DNA from: a virus
IMG/VR virus record: IMGVR_UViG_3300042691_038416
Coordinates: 60,140-124,139 of that record
Strand: one strand, 5' to 3'
Length of the DNA: 64,000 nucleotides
Shown: piece by piece, positions 26,210-36,016 of the stretch
Position numbering within the stretch: the stretch's first letter is position 1
How the letters are laid out: every line of letters begins with the position of its first letter
Notes under the pieces: generated by a model
Seen by the model: the letters and a program-made list of their open reading frames with translations, nothing else
Databases searched by the model: none
What the model was told of the DNA's origin: nothing
Made by a program: the position numbers and the translations under genes

Positions 26210-27175
26210 TTATTTTCCTTTTCTTAATGCTGCAAAATCAGCTCCTGTAATTTTGTCCTCAGGTGGTGCTGCTTTAGCTATTTTCATTTGCTTTTTAGTC
26301 AATTCATCCATTGGAGCTTTGTTACTCATTAAGAAGTTATGTACTTCTTCAATATCATCTTTTGATGTAGCGATATGATCCGCGGCCCAGTCATGACCAT
26401 TTGCTAAAATAGCATCAACCATTTGAGGATCTAGACTTAACATTTCTTCAACCTCTTTTTTAATGGTTTCAAGATTTTGAAAGAACATGTATTTTTCTGA
26501 ATTCTCATTTAGTTTTTCAGTCATTCCATATCCTTTAATTCTGAATCCTTGCCCACCAGCACCATATTTTGTTTCAGGATTGATTTGTTTAGCTATAAGT
26601 GATAATATTCTAGCATCAGCTCTAGTAATTTCAATTCCTATTCCCCAATCATCATCTTGTACATCATAATAAATGTATTTATCATTTTCACCAGGAATAG
26701 TAACAGTTAATGATACCTCTCCTTCTTTAGATGGACTTGAATGATATTTGTGGTAAACAATATCAGTAATTGTACCACCTAATAATGGTTTTCCAATAAA
26801 TTTACTAAAAAAGGCACGACCCATAGATACTGTTCTTTGATCTTGGTTTCTAGAACGAGATATATTTGTTGCTCTTTTAAATAGTTCAGGAGAAATTTCA
26901 TTTAACTCTTTACTCTGAATATCAGATATAATATCACTTAAGAAATCATCATCATTCATCAAACTCATTATCTCATTACGTGTCCATCTAGGATTCTCAC
27001 CTGTTGGCATTTTATCATTTTTTAAATAATTAAATATCATTCCAATTATTTCATCTTGAGATTTACCTTTAGCTTTATCTTTAATAGCTTTAGATATTGT
27101 GTCTGAGTATCTAGTTTCATTTAATACTTTAGATACTTCTTCTTGTATGATTTGCTTTAATTCTGATTTTTTCAT
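26210..27175 (-). CDS. Putative multi-module internal head protein
   Basis: MKKSELKQIIQEEV leader; repeated LNE junctions; GHDWAADHI and KITGADFAALR modules. Confidence 0.55.
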   Translation of the reverse strand: MKKSELKQIIQEEVSKVLNETRYSDTISKAIKDKAKGKSQDEIIGMIFNYLKNDKMPTGENPRWTRNEIMSLMNDDDFLSDIISDIQSKELNEISPELFKRATNISRSRNQDQRTVSMGRAFFSKFIGKPLLGGTITDIVYHKYHSSPSKEGEVSLTVTIPGENDKYIYYDVQDDDWGIGIEITRADARILSLIAKQINPETKYGAGGQGFRIKGYGMTEKLNENSEKYMFFQNLETIKKEVEEMLSLDPQMVDAILANGHDWAADHIATSKDDIEEVHNFLMSNKAPMDELTKKQMKIAKAAPPEDKITGADFAALRKGK

Positions 27176-27189
27176 AATTTATTTTAAAT

Positions 27190-27621
27190 TTATTTTACTA
27201 TGTTATGTCTCCAACCAACTGTAAAAATAGCTGATTGGCCAAATGATGTTGCACCCCAAGACATAGCTTCTATTGTAAATAAAATGTCTCTATTTTTATC
27301 TGGACGATTTGATCTTAATTGTAGATATGTTGTTGAAGGCCATATTCTAGCTCCAAGTGATAATTCATATTTAGAATCAAAAGTATATCCTACACCTGCT
27401 TTAGCTGTTAAAATACTAGGAAATGCTAATCCACCTTGATAATCTAATAATACTCCACTATTAAATCTAGTAGTAGCACCATATAAAAATGATGCTCCAG
27501 GAAATAAAGGAACTGTTCCAACACTTACACCAGCATTAAGCTCAGTGTATGTTGTTGTGGTTTGTGCTTTACTTATATTGAAGCATAAAGCTAAAATAAA
27601 CAGTAATAATAATTTTTTCAT
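27190..27621 (-). CDS. Putative small outer-membrane beta-barrel protein
   Basis: SPI signal peptide (..ISKA-Q), alternating amphipathic strands, FTVGWR near C-terminus. Confidence 0.6.
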   Translation of the reverse strand: MKKLLLLFILALCFNISKAQTTTTYTELNAGVSVGTVPLFPGASFLYGATTRFNSGVLLDYQGGLAFPSILTAKAGVGYTFDSKYELSLGARIWPSTTYLQLRSNRPDKNRDILFTIEAMSWGATSFGQSAIFTVGWRHNIVK

Positions 27622-27764
27622 TTTCCTTGACCTCTATATGGTTTCTTCCAATTTTTACTTGATTTTAAAACACTAGTCTTTTTCTTACTATGAACACCAG
27701 GACGGCTGATGTTCTTTTTTATAATAACTTTAGATGTGTCTTTACCTGATTTTTTTGCAGCCAT
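27618..27764 (-). CDS. Small basic protein (48 aa, not in ORF track)
   Basis: MAAKKSGK...RPGVHSKKK...KPYRGQGK. Confidence 0.6.
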   Translation of the reverse strand: MAAKKSGKDTSKVIIKKNISRPGVHSKKKTSVLKSSKNWKKPYRGQGK

Positions 27765-27795
27765 TGTATATGTTTTTACTTATACATATATAACT

Positions 27796-28113
27796 TTATG
27801 CTGCTGATTCAGATTTGTTTAAAATTTTAATAGCCTTAGTTATTTCAGCACAATCTTCATACATCTCGCGATCTTCAAAATATTTTAGATTTTCTTTAAG
27901 AGTATCACTAAAACTAGTTTTTTCTAAAGTTATATCAAATATTGTATTTTCTTCTAAACATTTAACACTTAATACATGAACATTTTTCCTACGTGTTTTC
28001 AAATTACTTAATATTGAACCCACTATGGCTTGAGATATACTAAAATGTTTTTTATCAACTAAATCTTGGAAATCAGTCATTGATCTGACTTCAATTTCTT
28101 TTGGCTTACCCAT
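27796..28113 (-). CDS. Hypothetical protein with UVR-like C-terminal motif
   Basis: EMYEDCAEI. Confidence 0.6.
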   Translation of the reverse strand: MGKPKEIEVRSMTDFQDLVDKKHFSISQAIVGSILSNLKTRRKNVHVLSVKCLEENTIFDITLEKTSFSDTLKENLKYFEDREMYEDCAEITKAIKILNKSESAA

Positions 28114-28115
28114 AT

Positions 28116-28274
28116 TTAAAATAGTTTTAGGAAGTTTTTATTTATTTTTTTCTCTTTTAGCTTCTGCATTTTCTCATCATTCTTCAACATTTTAGAAGCT
28201 AATTTATCTAAATGTTCAGACTTCTGTTTATCGTAGTCTTTAACTAATCTATCATGATTCTTGTTCTTAGCCAT
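28116..28274 (-). CDS. Small basic protein (52 aa, not in ORF track)
   Basis: MAKNKNHDRL...FLKLF; late-type motif at 28281. Confidence 0.55.
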   Translation of the reverse strand: MAKNKNHDRLVKDYDKQKSEHLDKLASKMLKNDEKMQKLKEKKINKNFLKLF

Positions 28275-28289
28275 ACATCAATAAATATT

Positions 28290-28943
28290 TTAAAGTCTTG
28301 AAATAAACTCAGAACCATCATCTTCTGGTTTAGGAGGTTGGTAGAGACCTAATTCTGCTAGTCTTTGTTTTTGATAATCGTCTAATTGAAAATCTACTGC
28401 CTCACTAGTGTTATATGTAGGCTGATGTGTTTCTAACTGTTGTATATCTTTTTGATTAAATATTTCACCAACATTTAAGAAATAACAGTTATAACATAAA
28501 AACCTAATATTACCTAAGTTATAATGATTTGGATTATTATCTTTAAAATTTAGGATAAGTGGTATTTTATAATCATTAACTCGACGTTCATGAAAACCAC
28601 AAATACCACACTCTTCTTTTAGATAACCTTCATCAACCATTTTTCTTTTGATATCCTCAGATCTAAAATGAACAGCAGCTATTCTACCTTCAATCACATC
28701 TAATACATCCCATTGAGATTTTTTCTCTGGATTGCCAGCTAAGAATTTAGGAATACCTTTACCAGCTTGATTTTTATGAGCTTCAAATAATGACCTACCA
28801 CCTTCAAATTCATGATATCTTTTAGCCCACATTTTATAGTGAATATAAGAGCAATTAAGGTAGCGTGCTGCAGCCTTATTACTCTTAGTCATTTTCATAG
28901 CTAAAAGTACTTGTTCTTTTGTTAATGGTTTTGGTTTAGGCAT
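28290..28943 (-). CDS. HTH plus degenerate HNH/zinc-finger protein
   Basis: AAARYLNCSY; CGICG...NIRFLCYNC; catalytic His positions not evident. Confidence 0.65.
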   Translation of the reverse strand: MPKPKPLTKEQVLLAMKMTKSNKAAARYLNCSYIHYKMWAKRYHEFEGGRSLFEAHKNQAGKGIPKFLAGNPEKKSQWDVLDVIEGRIAAVHFRSEDIKRKMVDEGYLKEECGICGFHERRVNDYKIPLILNFKDNNPNHYNLGNIRFLCYNCYFLNVGEIFNQKDIQQLETHQPTYNTSEAVDFQLDDYQKQRLAELGLYQPPKPEDDGSEFISRL

Positions 28944-29278
28944 TACTCTTCTAAATCTTCTAAATCAACATCTTTTATTTCTTCAATATCTTCTAACTCA
29001 ATTGTTTCCTCATCATCTTCTTCTTCAATTTCTTCATCTGGGTGAGGAGGATCATCTTTTCTACGACCATATAATTTATGTTCTAATTCTTGATACTTAT
29101 CATAGTCTTCACGATCCATGATAACAACATCATTATATGTATGGTCTCCTTCTCCTACAACAACAGTGACACCTGCTTTTTTACCTGTTGTAGAACATTT
29201 AACACATTGTGTTGCTGATGGTAGAATTTCTAGTCGTTTTGGGTGGATTTCTTCTCCACATGCGTTGCACTTTTTCAT
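28943..29278 (-). CDS. TraR/DksA C4-type zinc finger protein with acidic tail
   Basis: CNACGEEIHPKRLEILPSATQCVKC. Confidence 0.8.
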   Translation of the reverse strand: MKKCNACGEEIHPKRLEILPSATQCVKCSTTGKKAGVTVVVGEGDHTYNDVVIMDREDYDKYQELEHKLYGRRKDDPPHPDEEIEEEDDEETIELEDIEEIKDVDLEDLEE

Positions 29279-29286
29279 AACCTTTT

Positions 29287-29694
29287 TTATTTGTCTGTAT
29301 TGTTTTCTTTTCTTAAGCGTTCAAGTAAGTCCCATAAATCTGAGGATGTTTTAACTATTACTTCCTCATCTTCTTTTCCTTCAAATTGAAGAAGTAGAGG
29401 AGCAATATTTTCACCATCTAATTCTCTAGCAAATATGTACCATAAAATAATTTCTGCCTCCCAAACATTATATTTAAGACACAGACAATTTTCAATAATT
29501 TGATAGAATTTTTCTTCGTACTCTAATAAATTTATTTTATACTTTTCATAAGCTTCATTTGACCTAATCCAAACTTCATAAAACATATCTACTGTTTCAA
29601 TAAATAATTCTTTTTCAGTTATTATTTTTTGTTTTGTAGGTCTTTCATTTAACTTAAGTTTTTTACCAAAATTATTCAGATTTGGTTTCTTCAT
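29287..29694 (-). CDS. Hypothetical protein
   Basis: ORF in operon. Confidence 0.65.
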   Translation of the reverse strand: MKKPNLNNFGKKLKLNERPTKQKIITEKELFIETVDMFYEVWIRSNEAYEKYKINLLEYEEKFYQIIENCLCLKYNVWEAEIILWYIFARELDGENIAPLLLQFEGKEDEEVIVKTSSDLWDLLERLRKENNTDK

Positions 29695-29857
29695 ATGTTT
29701 CTATATTATATAACGTAGTGAATGTGTATTCATCAATTTGTTTTCGTTCAGAAAAATAAATTAACGCTTCATTTTCATTTGGAGCCAAAATTTTATCAAT
29801 TGGTTCCTTTTTAATATCATTCTTATGATAATAAAAATAAGGTTTAAAATCTAGCAT
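29672..29857 (-). CDS. Hypothetical protein
   Basis: ORF with promoter 29874-29905. Confidence 0.6.
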   Translation of the reverse strand: MLDFKPYFYYHKNDIKKEPIDKILAPNENEALIYFSERKQIDEYTFTTLYNIETYEETKSE

Positions 29858-29907
29858 ATCTTTTCTTTCTTTATAAATATAGGTTAAAGATTTTAGGAAG
29901 CCAAATC

Positions 29908-31053
29908 TTAAATTTTAATTAAATCTTTCTCAAAAGTTTTTAAGTTCATTATAGTAATTTTAAAACAATCTAATTCAAACTCACCTATCTCTCCTGATTC
30001 AGTGATGATATCTGCTAAATTTTGAATGATATTAAATTGGTTCATACCAAATTTAAAAGTATCAAATTCAACTAAAATATAGTTTTGTTTTTCATTATGG
30101 TATGGTTTAATACGCTCCCATAAATCATATTTTGTATTTGGTTGCTCATTTTGAATATATGAATTATAGTCACAGTCAACATATATAGTAGAACACCACG
30201 GTTCAAGAACTTCTAATAATTGTTGATTACAGTTTTTAATTATAAATCCAATATCATACTTATGAGGAATAATTGGATATTGGTACTCATCATTTTTAAT
30301 CCAACTACCCCATTTACGTAAATAATTTCTAGCTGCTCGTTGAGATACTACTTTATAATAATCATCATCTTTACCTATTTGTTCATTCCATCTATGGCCT
30401 CTACAAGTTAAATGGTAAACAAAAGCGTCTCTACTTTGAACTAACTCATATCCATTTAAAATCCATCTTTGAAATATATCTGAGTCTTCATATGGAAACG
30501 GAGCAAATAGTGGATCATGACCTCCAATTGCTTGAAAATCTTCTTTATATAAAATCCAAGGCGCAAACATTCCTTTTGTTGTTTGATTTTTAAATTCATC
30601 TTGAGCTTCTAAACAATATTTTTCAAAAGCATCTATATTTAAAGTATCAAAATCAAGACCAAAATCCTTAATAATTTTTTCTTTACCTGCTGGATGGAGA
30701 GGAGGCTCAATTCTAGTACCACATACCACAGTAAGTGGTTTTAAATGTTTTAATAAATTTTTAGTATAATTAGGACCAACAATCATATCAGCATGTAATA
30801 TACCTACAATATTATTTGTAGCTAATTCTATACCTTTATCATATAGGATAGTATGCCCTACTCTAATGTCACTTTTATATATTATTAGTTTATCATCAAT
30901 AGATTGTAATCCTTGAATCCAAGACCATGTACCATCAGTAGAACCATCATCTAATAGTATTATTTCAGCTTCAGGTTCATGTTTTTTAATAGAAGTATAA
31001 ACATTTTTTAAATGTTGTAAATTATTATAACTTGGTATTATAAATGATATCAT
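29908..31053 (-). CDS. Glycosyltransferase family 2
   Basis: ISFIIPSYN, LDDGSTDGT, HAD, EDSD. Confidence 0.9.
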   Translation of the reverse strand: MISFIIPSYNNLQHLKNVYTSIKKHEPEAEIILLDDGSTDGTWSWIQGLQSIDDKLIIYKSDIRVGHTILYDKGIELATNNIVGILHADMIVGPNYTKNLLKHLKPLTVVCGTRIEPPLHPAGKEKIIKDFGLDFDTLNIDAFEKYCLEAQDEFKNQTTKGMFAPWILYKEDFQAIGGHDPLFAPFPYEDSDIFQRWILNGYELVQSRDAFVYHLTCRGHRWNEQIGKDDDYYKVVSQRAARNYLRKWGSWIKNDEYQYPIIPHKYDIGFIIKNCNQQLLEVLEPWCSTIYVDCDYNSYIQNEQPNTKYDLWERIKPYHNEKQNYILVEFDTFKFGMNQFNIIQNLADIITESGEIGEFELDCFKITIMNLKTFEKDLIKI

Positions 31054-31889
31054 AGTGGAAAGCATATTAAGTTAGTAGTTCCTTCTTGTAATGTTACATC
31101 TCTATAAGATAAAACAGGTTTATTTTTATCATATAAAGAATAATAATTAATTTCATTATACGCTACATAATTAACCTTACTAATAGCGTTTATTAATTCA
31201 TCTATTTCTTTAGCATTTAAACCAGCATATACTTCTGTAATTAGTATAGGTTTATTTGTATCTAAAATTTCTTTAATAGTAGGTATGATATCTTTATCAT
31301 ATCCTTCAGCATCTATTTTAACTAAACTTATGTTTTTAATAAAATCAGGATGATATTCTTTTAAAAATTTAGTGACATTAACTCCATAAACATCTAAAGG
31401 AAATGAATGTCCTGTTACTCCTATACCAGCATTTAAAGCCTCAGCAAATCCTCCATTACATAATCCTGGATCTGAGTAGTGAAATGTTAAGGGTCCGTCT
31501 TCTTTAACACATGCCAAATTATAAGGAATAATATTAGAATTTAATTTAGAGTTAGCCTCTAATACTTCATAAGCAGCAGGATTAGGTTCAAATGATATTA
31601 CTTTATTAGCAAATAATGAGAACATAATAGCAACATTTCCAGCTTGTGCTCCTATATCTAAAACATTCGAGTTAGGTTTAATTAATGTTTTTATTCCTTC
31701 TATATTTTTTAATACCCATTCTTGTCTTTGATGAGTAAAGAAATCTTCTTGATTAGGATGTTTCCATTTATAATAATTAATATTATAATTAGATATTTTA
31801 TGATTATTTGATTCTATAGGAAAATGTAAATTATTTTGTTTTAAATAATCTAAAACTGCTTCTCTATAGTTTTTTATTTTATCAATCAT
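31050..31889 (-). CDS. FkbM family methyltransferase
   Basis: VLDIGAQAG, SFEPNP, VKIDAEGYD. Confidence 0.9.
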   Translation of the reverse strand: MIDKIKNYREAVLDYLKQNNLHFPIESNNHKISNYNINYYKWKHPNQEDFFTHQRQEWVLKNIEGIKTLIKPNSNVLDIGAQAGNVAIMFSLFANKVISFEPNPAAYEVLEANSKLNSNIIPYNLACVKEDGPLTFHYSDPGLCNGGFAEALNAGIGVTGHSFPLDVYGVNVTKFLKEYHPDFIKNISLVKIDAEGYDKDIIPTIKEILDTNKPILITEVYAGLNAKEIDELINAISKVNYVAYNEINYYSLYDKNKPVLSYRDVTLQEGTTNLICFPL

Positions 31890-31890
31890 T

Positions 31891-32427
31891 TTATTTATAT
31901 AAAGTATTATATTCGTTTTTAAGCATACCTAACATATAAGAATCTAAGTATTCTCCATTTTTATAAACATGTTGTCTTAAAACTCCTTCATCTTTAAATC
32001 CTATTTTCCTATAAACATGAATTGAATCATTATTAGAATAAACTTCACACCAAATACGATTTAAATTTAATTCTTCAAATCCATATTTAATTAAAGTTAA
32101 TAACATATCTTTACCATAACCTTTTCCTCTATATTCTGGATTTCCTAAGGTTATTCCAAATTCACCAGTTTTATATATAGGATGTATATGATTCAAGAAT
32201 GCTACACCTATATTTATATTTGGATTATCAATAGGTTTAACTATAAAATGATGCCAGGTTGAATCCTTCATCATTATATTCTCATACCAATTTAATTGAT
32301 CTTCTAAATTAGATTCTCTATATTCTCTATAATATTTTCTATGCTCAGGATTATTTCTCCACTCAAGAAGTAAAGGCATATCTTCTTTTTGAGGTTTAAC
32401 TAAATAAATAAGATTTCCTTTTATCAT
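31891..32427 (-). CDS. GNAT N-acetyltransferase (PseH/RimL-like)
   Basis: WRNNPE, YRGKGYG, Y.KIGFKDEG.LR. Confidence 0.85.
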   Translation of the reverse strand: MIKGNLIYLVKPQKEDMPLLLEWRNNPEHRKYYREYRESNLEDQLNWYENIMMKDSTWHHFIVKPIDNPNINIGVAFLNHIHPIYKTGEFGITLGNPEYRGKGYGKDMLLTLIKYGFEELNLNRIWCEVYSNNDSIHVYRKIGFKDEGVLRQHVYKNGEYLDSYMLGMLKNEYNTLYK

Positions 32428-33068
32428 AATATTTCTCTAAGAAGTTTAAATTTCTCACAATATAAAGATCCTACTTCTGATCCCCAAACTTTCATTAGGT
32501 TTTCTATATTCTCATAACTTCTAGTATGAGGATATGGTCTCATTTCTTTATCATATACTTTTAATGCTTTTAATTTAGTTTCAACTTCATGTTGATTTAA
32601 GGTAAGATATGTTGTAGCATCAAAAGTAGTTAATGGATTATAATCTGTAGATGAAGGAACATAATATGAATATATTTTCATTTTTTTACCATATTGTGGT
32701 CTAAAGACAGTTAGAGCAGCTTTAGTTACAATTTGATGATCAATATTTAAATCTCCAGTAAAATGAGTAAATATAATATCTGGTTGAATAATAATATTTG
32801 ACTCTAAGAATTTACAAATTTCTAATAACGGAACCGAATCCATAGCATTATCTGGAAATGTTCCTGATTTGAATTCTTTTATTTTTAGTATCTCTGATAC
32901 TTCTTGTAACTTAGAATTCCTATTTTCTTCTTCATTATTTCTACTTCCTACTCCATCAGTAAAAGTAAGAAGTTGAACATGGTGGCCTTCACTAGTTAAT
33001 TTAAATATAGTTCCTCCACAACCTAAAGTTTCATCATCTGGATGAGCAGCTAATACTAAAATATTCAT
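32424..33068 (-). CDS. PIG-L family N-deacetylase
   Basis: AAHPDDETLGCGG, TH..GDLNIDH. Confidence 0.92.
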   Translation of the reverse strand: MNILVLAAHPDDETLGCGGTIFKLTSEGHHVQLLTFTDGVGSRNNEEENRNSKLQEVSEILKIKEFKSGTFPDNAMDSVPLLEICKFLESNIIIQPDIIFTHFTGDLNIDHQIVTKAALTVFRPQYGKKMKIYSYYVPSSTDYNPLTTFDATTYLTLNQHEVETKLKALKVYDKEMRPYPHTRSYENIENLMKVWGSEVGSLYCEKFKLLREIL

Positions 33069-33718
33069 TTTTTTCTAATTTTAACATCTGAAATGATTTC
33101 ATTATTTTCTAATTTAGCTCTACTAAATTCAAGTCTAAATTCTCCTATATCAATATAAGCATTAGGATATTCTTTTGAATCTAAAATTCTTATTTGATTA
33201 TATATAGAGTAAAGTGAATCATCAAATTTAATTTGATTATCTTTTTTTCTTTTATAAATTTGAGATTCTCCAAATTGAGGTCTAGGAATTAAATCTTCAT
33301 TAATACATTTCAAAATTAAATCTTTAGTGATAATAGCTATAGTAATCCAAATATCAGTTATATTTCCTTGTAATGTTATAGGTGATGAACAATATATTCC
33401 TCCAGAATCAATCTCTTCTTTCATTTCTATAATATTAACATAACTAGAAGTTATTTCATCTAAAATTTGATTTTGAAGTGGGCTACCTCCTTTACCTTTA
33501 GGTAAATTTCCAGTATGAATAACAGCACATTTATAATTCTCAAAAATATCTTTAGAAACTATTTCAGACCAATGAAAGAAAAAAATCCAATTTGGATTGT
33601 ATTTCTCTACAATTTCTTTAGTTAAAGAATTAACCCAATGTATATTGATTTTTTGTTTTAAAGAATTATATAAAAATTCTGACCATTCATTATTTTTAGA
33701 TACTAGTAATATTTTCAT
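33065..33718 (-). CDS. Sugar N-formyltransferase (Fmt-like)
   Basis: IHTGNLPKGKGGSPLQNQI, IDSG, YPNAY. Confidence 0.85.
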   Translation of the reverse strand: MKILLVSKNNEWSEFLYNSLKQKINIHWVNSLTKEIVEKYNPNWIFFFHWSEIVSKDIFENYKCAVIHTGNLPKGKGGSPLQNQILDEITSSYVNIIEMKEEIDSGGIYCSSPITLQGNITDIWITIAIITKDLILKCINEDLIPRPQFGESQIYKRKKDNQIKFDDSLYSIYNQIRILDSKEYPNAYIDIGEFRLEFSRAKLENNEIISDVKIRKK

Positions 33719-34689
33719 ATAAAACTATCCTCCTCATAATCTTTTTCAGCTGTTTTACCTAATATAAAATTAAAACTAGTAGCTGAGATATTTCCTTCTA
33801 AAAATGGTCGTTTAGTAGTGATATTATTTTTAGTAAAAATATCTCCTTTTTTAATATTAGTTTTAGCTACTATTGAACGTCTCGCTTTAATAAAATCTTT
33901 TTCTGATTTAGAGTATTCTTCATTTTGTGGAGTGAAAGCAATTTCTGCTATTCTAATATTAGAAATCATCTCCATTAATTGAATAGGCTCTAAAGCAAAT
34001 GGATGATCAGGACCGGGTAAATGTTTACTTAATGTAAAATGTTTTTCTATCACTTGGGCTCCAGCAGCTACTGCTAATGATGGAATTAGAGTAGACATAG
34101 TGTGATCTGATAAACCACATTTAAATCTAGAATCTAATGATAATTTTTTAACTGTGTTTAAATCAATATCATCTATAGGAGTTGGATAAGCATTATTACA
34201 ATGTAATAATGTTATATCATTAGTATATTTAGAAGTTATATTTAATAATTTATCTATCCATTCATATTTAAATCCTATACCTAAAGATATAATTAGAGGT
34301 AATTTAGATGATGCTACCATCTCTACAAATCTAAAATCTGTAGCCTCAAATCCTGCTATTTTTAATCGTTTGACTCCTAAAGCAACTAACTCATCAACTG
34401 CTTTTTCATCGAATGGAGTAGACATAAATTCAATATCTTTTTCATCACAATATTGTTTTAAATCTTTTTGCCATTCACGAGGTAACTCAATATCTTTAAT
34501 TAGTTGATTGATATTTTTATAACCAGCAAAATCAGGGACATTTTTAGCATATAATGTTTCTGAAGAATATGTTTGGAATTTAACAGCGTCTGCTCCAGAA
34601 TGAATTGCTACATCTATTAAAGCTAAGGCTTGATCAAAGTTACGATTATGATTTGCTCCTGCTTCTGCTATTATAAAAGTTGTATTCAT
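33715..34689 (-). CDS. neuB: Nonulosonic acid synthase (NeuB/PseI family) with SAF domain
   Basis: IIAEAGANHN, ADAVKFQTY, FMSTPFD, GLSDHT, IEKHFTL, RRS. Confidence 0.93.
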   Translation of the reverse strand: MNTTFIIAEAGANHNRNFDQALALIDVAIHSGADAVKFQTYSSETLYAKNVPDFAGYKNINQLIKDIELPREWQKDLKQYCDEKDIEFMSTPFDEKAVDELVALGVKRLKIAGFEATDFRFVEMVASSKLPLIISLGIGFKYEWIDKLLNITSKYTNDITLLHCNNAYPTPIDDIDLNTVKKLSLDSRFKCGLSDHTMSTLIPSLAVAAGAQVIEKHFTLSKHLPGPDHPFALEPIQLMEMISNIRIAEIAFTPQNEEYSKSEKDFIKARRSIVAKTNIKKGDIFTKNNITTKRPFLEGNISATSFNFILGKTAEKDYEEDSFI

Positions 34690-35198
34690 TGATTCTCTTT
34701 TTGTTCGTATTCTAATATTTTAGCATTAACTCTTTCAAAATAATAAGATATTTCAACTAAATAATCTTTAGCTCTTTCATTTGTTGTTGTATCTTTTATT
34801 TTCTTTAGCAATTCAAATACACTATGATGAGAATGATCTAAGTATTGTTGACCTAATACTCTTTTATCCTCAGTAAATTCACTTCTAGATTTATTATTTC
34901 CTTCCCAGTCATTTCCTGGAGCTTTACTATAATTTCCTAATTTTATTACAGCATTATTAGCAAAATTTACTAGAAGTATAAAATCTTTATGGTATTCAAA
35001 ATCAGTTAATCCATTTGCATTTCTTAACATCTGACAAATAGTACGAGGATCATCTATATTAGAAGAACCTCCCTTTACTGATTTATACTCAGAATATTCA
35101 TGTAATGGCATATGTTTTTCATTTGAAAAACAAAATAAAGTTTCTGTGTCTACTACTTGATTAACTATAAAAAAATTAGATAATGGTGGTTTATTCAT
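34686..35198 (-). CDS. Hypothetical protein in glycosylation locus
   Basis: Coupled at both ends (ATGA overlaps); no recognised motif. Confidence 0.65.
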   Translation of the reverse strand: MNKPPLSNFFIVNQVVDTETLFCFSNEKHMPLHEYSEYKSVKGGSSNIDDPRTICQMLRNANGLTDFEYHKDFILLVNFANNAVIKLGNYSKAPGNDWEGNNKSRSEFTEDKRVLGQQYLDHSHHSVFELLKKIKDTTTNERAKDYLVEISYYFERVNAKILEYEQKENQ

Positions 35199-36016
35199 AT
35201 TAAATGTTTCAATAAATTATTAGCTTCTTTAAAATTATTCATACATTGTTGTTTATTATTAACCTGATTCAGAAAATAAATAATTTCATTAATATACATT
35301 TGGTTATCTATTTTAAGATGGACTCGTTTTAAATAATCTTTTTCTAATATATCATAATAACGTTGATAATCCTCTGATAGATAGTTTAGAGTAAAATCAG
35401 CTATAGTTCCAGATTCAAATTCTATTCTTCCTGTGACTAAATCCTCAGTATCATTAGTTATATCAGTTAATTTATTTTTAATATAAGAAATATTTTTTAA
35501 AGGGCCAAACTTATAATAAAGATAATCTAATTCATGGATTGCGTCTAATAATATTCCTCCTCCTAAATTTTTATTAGAACTATAAGATTTTAAATGATTA
35601 GTTCCTGGTCTCCATTTTTTAAGATTATACCCAAAATAAACATTAATATATCTACTATTAGAATCAATTTGTTGTATTTCAGGTATAAATCTTAAATTAC
35701 AACCAACCATAGTTATTAAATTTTTTTCTTTAACTATAGCTAGTAATTCTTCAATACCATCTATTTTTGTATAAAAAGGTTTTTCACAAAATATAGACAC
35801 ACCATATTGAGCTAATTTAATACAGTGTTCAATATGATTAATATTAGGAGTACAAACTAAACCTATATCAAAATTTTCTTGTAAAATATTATCTATATTA
35901 TCAATCTCATCTATATCAACAATTCGGGTTTGTACTCCTAAATTATTTAGATTAGATGAATGTCTTTTACCTATAGACCCACCACCTATTATTATTGCTT
36001 TTAAATTTTTCTCCAT
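35195..36016 (-). CDS. Gfo/Idh/MocA oxidoreductase
   Basis: IGGGSIGKRH, CEKP, GGGILLDAIHELD. Confidence 0.9.
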   Translation of the reverse strand: MEKNLKAIIIGGGSIGKRHSSNLNNLGVQTRIVDIDEIDNIDNILQENFDIGLVCTPNINHIEHCIKLAQYGVSIFCEKPFYTKIDGIEELLAIVKEKNLITMVGCNLRFIPEIQQIDSNSRYINVYFGYNLKKWRPGTNHLKSYSSNKNLGGGILLDAIHELDYLYYKFGPLKNISYIKNKLTDITNDTEDLVTGRIEFESGTIADFTLNYLSEDYQRYYDILEKDYLKRVHLKIDNQMYINEIIYFLNQVNNKQQCMNNFKEANNLLKHLI

